Source: Amoebophrya sp. A120 | Lineage: Eukaryota > Protista > Dinoflagellata | Reading direction: 5' to 3' | Length of the DNA stretch: 64,000 bases | NCBI GenBank assembly: GCA_905178155.1 | Contig: CAJINV010000009.1 | Location: 1,423,907-1,487,906 of the forward strand | Notes under the pieces: generated by a model | What the model saw: only the letters and a program-made list of their open reading frames with translations | Databases searched by the model: none | What the model was told of the DNA's origin: nothing | Shown: in pieces, positions 1-11,500 of the stretch | Layout: each line of letters opens with the position of its first letter | Numbering within the stretch: position 1 is the first letter of the stretch | Made by a program: the position numbers and the translations under genes

Positions 1-219
1 CGACTGCTGAGGACTGTGCCGCATGTTGACAGGTGGAAACTGCCAGGATATGAGGAAAACTCCGCGGACTTCGCGAAAGCTGCCAGCACAAAAAGGTCAT
101 CTGCCGGGACAGGAGGACAAGACGAAAATAAAAGCGCATCTGCTAAGAACGGTAGCGAAAAAAGTGGCTGCGAAGACCCACGCTGCACAACTTCTAACTT
201 TCGTTTCCAGGATTTCTGA
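1..219 (+). CDS. 3' end of a gene running in from the window edge, unknown product
   Basis: Frame open from base 1 to TGA at 219 (RLLRTVPHVDRWKLPGYEENSADF...), followed by AT-rich sequence. Confidence 0.4.
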   Translation, partial: RLLRTVPHVDRWKLPGYEENSADFAKAASTKRSSAGTGGQDENKSASAKNGSEKSGCEDPRCTTSNFRFQDF

Positions 220-1417
220 GTAAAAGCAAAAGGAACTACTACTTTTTTTCTCGTGCATTAGTTTCTCTTCCTTGTTGCCAGCAAGTAGAGCACTGTCAAA
301 AAAGCAAGTTCGAATGTACAATATTTCTCGATGGTAAATCATTCAAGCAAATAAAAGCTAGAGGTCAAGTTCGATGTTCCAAAGCTCGAGTTTCAGAACT
401 TTGTGTTTTCATATCATTGTCAAGATCATCACATAGCCCTAGTTACCCCGCCACTTACTACGACGAGCATGAAAGTTGAATCGCCCACGGTGTACCTTGT
501 TTCAAACTTCTACCAATTTAGATAGCGCCTGAGCGGCAAGTCTTCAGCAAAGTATCATGAGCACTCAAATTATAGCACATTCTATCTATCACTACCCGTC
601 ATTGTTTCCAAACGTCGTCTTACATACAGCAACAAACAGTATCAAGTTTTTGAGTTCGAAAATACACAGGAAGTACCCACAAAAGCATGCAGTGAAGATA
701 TGAGGCGGCAAATCGACCGAGTCACCAAGATGTATCTCAGCAACTAGAATCTGAAGCTCTTGATGAAGTTCAAGCGAATCTTCCGACAAAAATGGAATCA
801 GACCTTGTAGCTGCAAGGACACGGCAATGAACCGCGTTGCACGTCGTGGTGGGATCCCGTGGCGGAGGCGTTCGTTGTTCATTTTAGTTCGCGTAAGAGC
901 AGCTGCAATGCGACCGGCTCCAACACGGTAACACATTTTTTTCGTGATTCTCTTTTGGCGATCTTGTCGTTCTCGTTCAGGATCTCAATTCGTCCGATAG
1001 CAGGCTATGGTGAAGAAATTTATGCTCGCTTCACGACAAGGCACTCGTTCAAATATACTATGCAGACTTTGCTCTCGTCGACCCTTTCGTTCATTTTCTA
1101 CTCATACTGTGCTAGCAAAGCTATCTCTTCGTTCACACTCGTGCTCGTCGTCGTCGTCGTCATCGTGAATGCCCCCGTTGTTTGTGCTTTTGTTCTTTCG
1201 TTCTCGGGATGGTGCAGTTAGTTCAACTAGACAGCACATATGTTTTCAAATTTGCCAGTGATTACCCTTGAGAAAATCCTCGATTTCTGCTTTAACCTCT
1301 CAAAGAACGCAAAACTTAAACTACCAACACCACTTGGTCAAAGAATTCAGAACCACCCTCATAACAGCTGTACAGCTTTAAAACTTGCTTTCATCTTTCG
1401 GCTCAAATCCACTAAAG

Positions 1418-3125
1418 ATGAACGTTCTCAACCTTTTGAAGTCTCGTCAACCTGAGTTCTCTGCCCCGAGCTGGGACAAGGACTCTTGGAGCGCTCGGTT
1501 TTGCGGAACGGAAGACTCGGTCCAGCTGTTGCCGGAACAGGAAAACTTATTCGAGCCGAAAACTTTTGCGGACTACTTCAAGTGGCAGTCTGTTGTGGAT
1601 GCGTGCATAGCCCGGCCGGGGAAGGAGGACAAATGCTTTTTCCACGCAGAAGGCGATGCAAAGACCGTCGAAAGCAGCAGCATTTATTTCCAGAACAAAA
1701 CGCAGCGGAAATACGTTTCAACTACAGAAACCCCCTCTCCCGCGAGCACCAGCGCACCCAGTAGCGACTGCGAGGACGAGATTGTTTCGAATGTTGGGAT
1801 CTTCCGCAGCTCTCCGCACCAGGTTGTTTCCGAGGTTGATTCCCAGGCCGATGCTGCTGCTGCTATTTTTCCTGATTCGACGACTTACGGAAACGACGAG
1901 AAAGATGTTGCTTTCGAATACGAGCACGATTCCATTGCTGACGAAATCGAGTACGACGACAGTGTCACGGTCATTGCCACGCGCGGACCCGATGAAGACT
2001 TCGGAATCTACAATGCGTGGGGAAGCGAGCAGATCGGGGCAGAGCAGCCGGATTGTACAAGCTATTCCCACCAGCAAACTGATTCCCATCTTCACCAGAA
2101 TGCCCTCGTTTCATCTGCGGTCACCACGGAATTCGAAGATGACATCGCTATCGGGGATGTCGCTGGTCCTGCTAGTACAACCAAAGACGAAGCAGTGGTG
2201 GAGGAAGCTCCGAAAAGAGTGCTAGCGGAGAAGGGCCAATTGCTGATCGCGTCTGCCGCTGAGTCTGCGCCGAAAAGGGACAAGTTCAACCTCATCAATC
2301 TGAGTCTCGGGCAGTTTGTTCAAGCCGTTCGTGTTGGGAAGAACGTCGCGACAGGAAAGGACCCCTACATGCTGGGAAACACCCTCATCAAGCGGTCAAA
2401 GCGGGGTCATGATCTGCCTCAGGTATACTATAACTGCTATACTTTTTTTTGCCGCTTGTTTGTTTCCTCTGTTGCAATTGGATCGTTTAAGGCTCCAAAG
2501 GATGAATATCATGATGTATTTGATAAAAAACTCAAAAATACAGGTGCTTAACCTCGATCGCTGCGACGCTTTACAAAAGAACATCGCGGTCACTTTCCAA
2601 GAATGCGCAGCACCGGCACCGATGGTTTTCTCAAAGTTGCAGCTCGTGGCGCTGGCGCACTACTTCAATTACCGGAAGAACCACGTCGGCGAGTTCCCTG
2701 CTACGGCAAGAATGATGCACGCGGAAAACCATTCGACTGGTGTGGAAACCAGAACTCTTTCCCTTCTGCAGGTGGCCTCGAATCGAATTTCTGATGAGCA
2801 TTGCTGGATGCCATTGCTTTTGCTAGTGCCCACCACGCTCACAAGCACGACTGCGCTGGCACTGATTTTCCGTGCACCTGGAACAACACACAAGTATTTT
2901 CCGACCCGCCTACCCCTACCTGATGCTTTTTCTGTTTTGATTTCGTCCCCAACATTCCGAGTTCACACGCGGCAGGAAGGCAGCGCAACGCCATTTTTTG
3001 CACAAGATTTTATCAAGACAGCCGTGGCAGGGTTGAACCTCCTACTCCGGTTTTTGCTCATTTCGTTTTGTAAAATTTTCTTGACAACGTATTTGCTTTT
3101 CTCGAGTAACACTTTCAACCTCTAG
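1418..3125 (+). CDS. Two-exon hypothetical protein with acidic/Ser-rich N-terminal half (exons 1418-2422, 2544-3125)
   Basis: ORF 1385..2551 joins ORF 2316..3125 in frame through GT-AG intron 2423-2543 (CAG|GTATAC...ATACAG|GTG), giving HDLPQ|VLNLDRC. Confidence 0.65.
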
Positions 3126-3486
3126 GAAGTGCTCATGCAGGGTTTTTTTTGTTGCTGGCTTTCCACATGTCTTTTTTTTGTTTCTTCATCCATGTTTTCA
3201 CTAGTTTGATCTCGATGTCTGATGTGATTGCATTTAAAAACAAGTAAAAAGTAGCATGTGCTAGTAGCACATGCTGCTCAGTTTTGCGGCAACATTCACT
3301 AAGATCTTGCAGTTTCGAATTCTCCTTAGGGAACGTGAATGCAATGGTCTTTACCTAAGGCGCACTTGCACGAATGACGTGGCATTCTTTGCACAATAAG
3401 TACTTGAGTTTTCCGTATCAGATATTTCCGGGTAAAAACAACTGTGACGTGACTGCTTGGTTGCGAATTCTTGTCCTTTTGTTCAT

Positions 3487-4911
3487 GCCAGTCGTTGTTG
3501 TGCGATGGCGTGTGCGAAGATAGTGACATTTGATGTGGTATTTTGCTCTTGTCGATAAACCGTATCGATGAAGTAATCTGATTTCGGTCTGCTAGTACCA
3601 CCCACACTCTAAGTCCTGCGCGCTCTCGATTAGTTACCACACTGAATTCATGAGACCTAGTCGACCTACATGCACATTTGATCACGACACTGCTGTGCAA
3701 CCATGGACGCAGAGCGGGCTCAAATAGACCGCAAGAAGCGGGATCTCTGTAGCACCCTGAGTGGGTGCAAGTGGTTCGACCCGCGACACATCTTGACGTA
3801 CAGAGCCACAGCACTAACTCTTACGAAAAGACAAAAGACTGCGCTGCTGGAGTTGCAGCGCATTGAGCTCGAACTAACACGAGAACAGCGAAAGGGTAGC
3901 ACGTGTGCGAATTTTCTTGCTTTGCCGTCTCAATATCTTCATACTTCCGCCCATGAGTATTGAAAAAGTGTTGATGGATATGAGTTACGAAGGGTGTCCC
4001 CCCCCCCTCATGTGGGAGGGCAACGCGAGTTTGTGTGCAGCACTCCTGCGCCAAGCGACGTACGTCTGCGGCCAATGTACGCCTGCGGCCAATATGTATT
4101 TATGCGCGACAGGTGCACAGACCCATGCGCTGCGGGGATTCTGGTCGGGACAAGGACGCGCACCTCTGCGCGGGCGCCTCGCGTTAGGCTGAGTGCCGCG
4201 GTAGTGCCGAGCCGTGCATCCGCACTCTCGGCCTCCGAGGCACAGCTCGCTGATGCGGGGTCGCACCAGCGAGCCTCATCCCCAGGGGACGGTTCTTCTG
4301 CTAAATGCAGAACTCTAGCCCCGGGCGAATTACGGACTCAGGCTTTTTCGGCATCTCGCGTAGGGCGAGTTTTAGAAGTGCCGCGCGCACTTTTTCAGAC
4401 CCGATGCTGATTCAGGTCGGGTCTAGAGTTCTTTTTCTTGTGTCCGGGGCTAATTACAGCAATCAGTCGACGCACTCGGCGATTGGGTAGATATGCGGCG
4501 ACTGGGAAGATACCAAATCACCTCGTGCGCGCTGAGTCGCATGCACGATCACAGGTACTCACGCCATCTGTATGGGCTCGGTCGTACCTGTTCGCACCTT
4601 GTGGAGCTTCGCGTGAAGCTGGTGCGGCCGCGCGACCATGAATAGGTCGCTTTGCTGTTGACGTGAAGCACTGTTTTCTTCGCGTTCGAAGGGTTCGCGC
4701 ATCTTGGGTTTTATCCTCTCTCGCGCGACCACAGGATCCGAGTGCCCGACCCGGTCGTGGTCGGTGTCCACGTGCTTACTGAGTTTAGGCAGATGCACGA
4801 ACATAGCCTATCGATCGAACTTTTAAAATTAAGCCAGTCGTTGTTGTGCGATGGCGTCTGCGAAGATAGTGACATTTGATGTGGTATTTTGCTCTTGTCG
4901 ATAAACCGTAT
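3487..4911. repeat. 79-bp direct repeat pair (3487-3565 and 4833-4911), one mismatch
   Basis: GCCAGTCGTTGTTGTGCGATGGCGT(G/C)TGCGAAGATAGTGACATTTGATGTGGTATTTTGCTCTTGTCGATAAACCGTAT occurs twice. Confidence 0.95.
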
Positions 4912-5413
4912 GTTGCATTTTCGTCTTCTGAATATAGGGGAAGTCGTACTTTGCGTAGTCGCACATGAAGTCATTTCGTACGTACCTTTGTGGCTGCGCA
5001 GTCTTCGTCTCGTTTCGTTCGACAGCGGTTATGCCTTACATCGTCCCTTTTCTTGTGCAACATTCTCCCGTTCGAGTTTCTGGTTTCGTTTCGTTCAGGC
5101 TCGTTCGTCTTTGCTTGTGTCTCCGTTTATGCTATTGCTGCATGGAGTTTGAGGTTGTCGTCGTGTAGTTGCGTCAAACTCTTTTGTCAGTTGCGTTGGT
5201 TTGTTTGTGCGAGGCGCGGTCAATGCAGTCTCCCCATCCGTTGTCACATTTTGAAAACGCCTGCAGTGTAAAAAGACCCGTTTACAACCCTTACGTAAGT
5301 TTTTCTCAAGCTTTCTTCGAGCAGGACTCGTTGTTTTGTGATTTGAAGTCGAGCTATTTTGTCATCAGCATTCTTTTTGTTTTCTTATTCTTCTGCAACT
5401 AGCTAGCAAGACC

Positions 5414-6667
5414 ATGCCGATGGACATGTTGGAGGCCTCTTTCGGGCCCTATCCAGCCACACAGAAGGTGGCGTCACCTAGCCCCGATGTTTATGTGCAG
5501 CGCATGGCTGCTTACCTCAGCCGCACCTGTGGAGAAGCTGATAAACAGTGTCGTGGTCGTTCATCGCAAGGAATAAATGGCTTCCCGGACACGAGAAACT
5601 CTGCTGGTACAACGAAGTCCACGAGCTGTGGAAGCGGTTTGTCAAGTGAAGGCGTCACCGAGAAGGAGCAGGGTCCTGCAGCGGAACAAGAGGTGCGTCC
5701 AGTTGATCAGGCTTCTACGATCATCGCAGATCCGTTATCTTCGCTCACGCATGAAGAATTGAGGTTTCAGCCGGATAAAGATACGCAGAAGCTGAGGACT
5801 GCCGCACTTGAAGCAATTGCCGTACCTGCGGTGTCACCAGCGGTCGCCCGGGTATTTGAATATGAACGAAAATCTCCCGAGGAGGGCGCCATGGAGAAGG
5901 AGGGCGACGGGGAAGAGTCCTTCGAAGACACGCCCAGCGAGTTCGAGGATGATGATGTGATGGACGCAATTCGGTTGGAGCAGAGCGCGGCAGCAGTAGA
6001 CTCTCCTCTTTACGAGGCGCCGAAGGAGTCTCTGCGTAGTTACATGGAACAGCCTTCGGCCCGGACCGATGTGGGGGTCGTGAAGCACACGGTGAAGACA
6101 GTTCTCGATTCAGCCCCCGGCCGCATTGCGTCCGGAGCTGCGAAATCTGCTGTTTGCCATGGCATCTTTTGCGGGCCCCACACAATGGCTCCCGCGGCTA
6201 TGAATAGTGTGCGCACCGGACTCGCATTGGAGGCGCTCAACGATACTGTTGCTGATCCTAAGCAGGAGCTAGAGCTCGAAGGCCCTGAAGCCGTAGGCGT
6301 TGCAAATTATTTACTTCCGCAAACGCTCGCCCGTACATGCAACGCCACCCTGGCAGCAGGATCCTCCCGTGACAACGTGTTGAAAAGTTTCAGCCGCCTC
6401 TACGCGAACCCACAGAGCCTCGTCGCCGACAGCGAAGAGTTTGTCGTGACCGATGAAGACCGGAAGACATTCTACCCGCCCCCGCCGAAGGATTACCACG
6501 GCAGCGCCGCAGCTGAAGATCTCAACACAGACTTCGGAACTACGCGGCCGGAGTTGCATCATGAACGCGAAGGCCATTTCGATCCGACCACGGGCCCTTG
6601 TTGGTGGTGGTACTGTTGTGGCGACTTTGTGGAGAGATTTATCGTGGGACACAGGCTGCTGACCTAA
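5414..6667 (+). CDS. Hypothetical acidic low-complexity protein; 3' structure uncertain, possible distant paralog of the 1418 gene
   Basis: 417-aa ATG-initiated ORF. Similar composition and a short FEYE...E(F/Y)(E/D)DD echo of the upstream gene; possible GT donor near 6713. Confidence 0.55.
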   Translation: MPMDMLEASFGPYPATQKVASPSPDVYVQRMAAYLSRTCGEADKQCRGRSSQGINGFPDTRNSAGTTKSTSCGSGLSSEGVTEKEQGPAAEQEVRPVDQASTIIADPLSSLTHEELRFQPDKDTQKLRTAALEAIAVPAVSPAVARVFEYERKSPEEGAMEKEGDGEESFEDTPSEFEDDDVMDAIRLEQSAAAVDSPLYEAPKESLRSYMEQPSARTDVGVVKHTVKTVLDSAPGRIASGAAKSAVCHGIFCGPHTMAPAAMNSVRTGLALEALNDTVADPKQELELEGPEAVGVANYLLPQTLARTCNATLAAGSSRDNVLKSFSRLYANPQSLVADSEEFVVTDEDRKTFYPPPPKDYHGSAAAEDLNTDFGTTRPELHHEREGHFDPTTGPCWWWYCCGDFVERFIVGHRLLT

Positions 6668-8520
6668 AAACCACGGCTGTGGACGAACTGCGGGTTGTGT
6701 ACGATGAAGATAGGTAAGAACCTGGTTTACGTCGGTTCCCGGCAGACGCGCTGCGGTGCTCCTCCACGAGTCACGGTCGTTTCCTAAAATGGGACGGACT
6801 GCAACAGGGGTCTCTGCTGGCATGGTGCCACCATTAGAGCTGGGTGAAGGTACTTCTGAGGCCCCAACAGGCTGAGCATGACAAGGCGCTGACCGCCGCC
6901 GGAAGTTTGAATATGGAGTATCGTTTGTGCTGGAGGTTGTTTACATGTTGCGATTTGACTGCGTGGCAAGCCCAGGGCAGTGGATGGGGAAGACCCGGCC
7001 GAATACCTTCACCTTCACGTCAACCGAAATAACTCTCGTTGTGGGCCCCAAAGTAAGGCGCAACTTGTTTTTTTGAGCGTTAATAATAGTCCAGCGAAGA
7101 CAGTCAGTTTTTTTTCCGTTTTTTGCCTGAAGATGATGTTTAGAGTGATGGTAATTTTTTGCAATGTCAGCAAGTATTTTTTCCGTTTAACCACCAAGTT
7201 CGAGCTTGAGACAAGACACAACTTCTTCCCACTCTCATTTTTAAGTTTCTGCTTCCTCGAGGTGGAGCCTCGGTTTTCTTTATCGTTTCCTCGACTTTCG
7301 AGAGAAGATGTTTTTTCGAATGATCCCTTTTCGTTGGTTTTAGCACTGGCGCATGCAGTTCCCTCGACAGAGTGCGCGTGCTAGAAAGTACAATAGATTA
7401 AACGGACACGCACTGCCATTGCCTGACAAGGGTAGAAGCAGCTAGCTACCCGTCGAAATTCGCATACACAAATATTTTGTATGTAGTACCCACAAAGATT
7501 ACCCCCTGCCGCCTTCAACCTTGACCTTGCGTTCCCAAGACCCTGTCCACTACTCAATTGCTATTTTTACGAAGACCCACATAACATTTCTTGCAACTAG
7601 CAGGATACCTGTACTTTTTTCGCAGGAAAGTACGACTCCACAATCCACATATGGACAAGCACGCGATTCATTCAAAGTATTTATGAATGTTAGTTTTGCA
7701 AGATAACGAACTTGAACGTTAGAACTCTGCCTGTTGAGAAAGCAAGCAACAAAGGTAAAAATGCCACTGGATGCGCTGTTGGAAGAATGCGTACCAAAAC
7801 TCGAACTTATGTTCGCGAAGCAAAATGTCTTAAGTGATCGCACTGGAAAGGCTTTGCGAAGGAAAATCCTGAAGGTTTCTTGTTTTGAATCGTCGTGTGT
7901 GACCCCCCTAGTCAGTCTGGGTGGCATGCATGTGGACGAGACAGTGTTTCATATTAAAAGAAGACGATCAACAGCACATATGTATCGCTGTATACCCTTT
8001 CGATTATGTCAGACGGGCAAAAAAAGAAAAAAACGTCTTCAGGGTTTCTGCACTTGCACTTGCGGACAAAAGCCGGATCTTCGCAGTGGCTCAACAGTGT
8101 CAAGGCGGACATCAACAGTCTGTGCTTACTCTGATCCTCACTTCAAATCTCCACACAGTTTAGAGGTTCTCGTACAGTGACACCTGTGCGCATTTATTTG
8201 CTTGATCAACGACATCGCATTCCTATATCCCCAACTATCCCCAACAAGGAGACGAGGAGGATCTGTGGCGTGTCAAGTGAAGTGATGCGCGTTTCCAGTG
8301 CGGAAGATCGCACGCGATCTTCCCACTGCCTGTGCCAGACCGGTCACGGGTGATGAAGACATGAGTTCCTCGAGGATTCTCGTGTGCAAACTTTCACGTT
8401 AACCTTTGTTCTTTTCTTTTTGTGAGGCGGTTTCTCTTTCTTCACAATTTTTTCGAACTCCGTAGCCGTTTTCACTCAAGCATTCTTCATGAGGTCGGTG
8501 TGAAGACAGAATGAAAGAAG

Positions 8521-11500
8521 ATGCGTTTTTTTTTCAAAACAGCAGGACCGGGCTCCGTCCCTCTGTTTTGCCTCCTCGTCCACCTGTGCAGCCACCGGCG
8601 TTTTTCTGCTTTCCAGCGGTCTTGCCTTTCTGCGACTTCAATTTCCTTCGTGATAGGGGCGCGCCACGTAATCCGGCGGGAAAGTGAAGACGCGGACACC
8701 TCCGGCTCTGCTGCGCGCGATCGAGGTCCTACTGATTCCGGGACAAACAACAGTTCCTCGGCCACTACTACAACGGCGCAGGAGGACCCGCAACAAGCCA
8801 CTTCGATTGTACCATCAGAAACGCCTGACAAGAATGCCACAGCGCTGCACTCCACCCGCGAGAGGCACACAGAAATTGGCGCAGGTCGTGGGGCGGACAT
8901 CGCAACAGGTGCGAACACTTCCACTTCTCCTTCGACGCCTCAAAGGCTGCACGAACGCAACGTAACCGGTGATGCAGTAAAGCTGGTTGACTCGTCCCCC
9001 GGTAGTTTACTTCCCCGCAACTTCAGCACGGGTGAGTCTCTATTTCTCGCCGACGAAGACGTCGATTATGTGCAGCGGCCGAAAGAGGAAGCAACCGCAG
9101 CAAAGGGACCGGGGCCGCTGGTAGCTGAGGTCCGCGGCGAAGATCGGGGGAAACAGGCGCAGATTGCAACACCGGAACTTCCCAGCGCGGTACCGATGAG
9201 GACAAACCATGATCATGAGCATAGCGCTTCGGCCGGAGAGAGAACAAAGAGCCCTGGTCGTGAAGTGGCTGAAGCTGGAAACGCCAGTGGGGCCGGGCAT
9301 ATTTCCTCAACAAACGACGAATCCAGTCTTCTTGTCAAGTATGAGTATAGCGCACCGCGCTGTCATTTGGAATGGGGAAATTGGTTTGGATGGCACGCGG
9401 AAAGGAACAACTGTCTTGGTAACCCGTGTTGGCGCGAAGACGGACAGTGGCAAGCTTGGGAAGAGGACAGCGGCATTGGCTATCCGGGTGAGGAGTCGAC
9501 AGATCAATGCGGATATGGTCAACCGAGAACATGGACAGGCCGGAGGCAGTATACAACAGAATATTCATGCATAAAACAAATCTGTGTCAACTTGGGGTAA
9601 CAAAATAAAAAAAGAGGGCCGCGGGGAACCTCTTGTCCACCCGGCCGGGTGGACAAGAGGTTCCCCCCTTTCGCTGCCGGAGCGGCCGGCTCGCAGAGGT
9701 CCCCCCCCAGCGTCGCCATGTCGGATCTCCCCCCTCGTCGTCGTCCGCCGCTCGCCGGGTGCCGGCTGTATACATTTCTTAAATTTCTAAAATGAATTGC
9801 AAAAGTTGTTGTTGTACCGCGCTAGTACCTATAAAAATAAAAGCGCGTGCATTTACGAACGAAATTCGTGCTGTGGATTTGCCATACTAAATAGATAACG
9901 AATGATGAAAAAAAAATTCGGGTTCCCGCCGTTGTTGCGCAACTTCCTCCTCGCCCCGAGCTGACAGGAGGTCCTGCCGCCCAGTCCGTCCCATCGTAGG
10001 TTCAACGGCCCCCATCCCAACGAGACCACTTCCAAATAGTTTTGTCGTAGAGCAAAAAACTTTACAGCGGTCGCCCGTTTTGCATCGGCCGAGGTTGCAC
10101 ATGCGCCCGGAGTAGTTTCCACTGAAGTCCCTCGGCATGGGTCGTATGATGTTTTTCGTCAGGTCGCGCAGCCTCTATTAATGCGATTCGGGTCGATCGC
10201 GCCCTATGGCTAGTGTCGGTGATCCAGTTCGACCATATATTTCGGGGGGCAGTAACGTGAAGGAAAAGCGTCCTTTCGGGGGCGCCTAGTAACCACGCAA
10301 TCACGAACCCGGATAACGCCCCCTATGGGTGACTATCTCCATACACAGCGGTCTCGCCCTATCTTTACTATCTTTCAGTGCAGCGGCTTACTGCACTTAT
10401 CGCCCTACGGAGACTGTGATCTGACCCCCCTCTACCTCCCCTGGTGGACGTCTGCCGCGGCTTACGGCTCTGGACGTTAACTAGGATCAGCGCGTTGTGC
10501 GGGTTTAGGGTTTTGAAAGTAATTTTGTATCTCCCACTGTTGCATGAACCTGCTGCAAGAACTTGTCATGCAAAACAACCTTCGGGTTGTTCCCGCGCTT
10601 CAGGAGTAGTCCTGTTGCGTGAGGGCGGCAGAAGATGAAAAATGGTGTTGGTTTAGGGGGTTGAAAAATTTTTGTGCATGTGTAATGCAAAAAATAAAAA
10701 AGATTCGCGCGTGGGAGCGCATTACTATGCACAACGGGCGGGCGTCGTTCCCGCCGTCACACAATCGCTGAAAATTGAAATCGAAGCACAAGAGCGGGCC
10801 AATAAAAAACAAATTGTCATGCGGATTTGCCACTATGCTTTCAACTTTTTACATACACATGGCAATACCTCCTAGATATGCAGACGCAATGCGCATCTTT
10901 TTGCGTCCGCCATTTTTTTACGGGCGGGGAGATTGAACCAAGCGGACATACAGAGGGAAGACGGAGACGGAGACGGGAAGATGCTTTTTGCATTGCAAGA
11001 AAAGATGGAGCGTTTGACGCATATGGATGCATGGGAAAAGTTAAACGCAGCTAGCAAGTCCGCATTACAGTAAACGCGCGCACTTTATTCGTACTCATGT
11101 ATGGGAAATCCGCATAACAGATTTAATATGGAAAATCCGCATTACAGTAAATGCGCGCGCTTTTTTTACAGATACTAGCGTGTTAAAACTTTTGCAATTC
11201 ATGTATAAACCTTCGAACAAATGCATACAGCAGGCACCCGGCGAGCGGCGGACGACGACGAAGGGGGAGATCCGACGTGGGGACGCGGAGGGGGACCTCT
11301 GCGAGCCGGCCGCTCCGGCAGCGAGAGGGGGGAACCTCTTGTCCACCCGGCCGGGTGGACAAGAGGTTCCCCGCGACCCTCTTTTTTTATTTTGTTACTT
11401 CACTTTCGGTACCGTCTGCTCGGGGGGTGATGAGTGCGATGCCGGCAAGCCATTCACGCGCCAACGGCCATCGTGGGGTAAATATGTCAACAAGGTTTGT

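Larger units (their letters stand above)
9597..11398. mobile_element. 1.8-kb non-autonomous TIR (foldback-like) element inside a coding gene, probably spliced as a non-canonical intron
   Basis: ~290-bp imperfect TIRs (9597-~9893 / ~11120-11398) with ends GTAACAAAATAAAAAAAGAGGG...CCCTCTTTTTTTATTTTGTTAC. No credible internal ORF. Confidence 0.9.

Noticed and set aside
7550-7927. Minus-strand ORF starting MPPRLTR, matching MPPRLTR at 42259
   Set aside because: Seven-residue match with different codons and no further similarity; likely chance.
11180-11398. N-terminal 73 aa of ORF 11180..13861
   Set aside because: Translation of the right TIR; the same peptide appears on the minus strand at 9519..9719.
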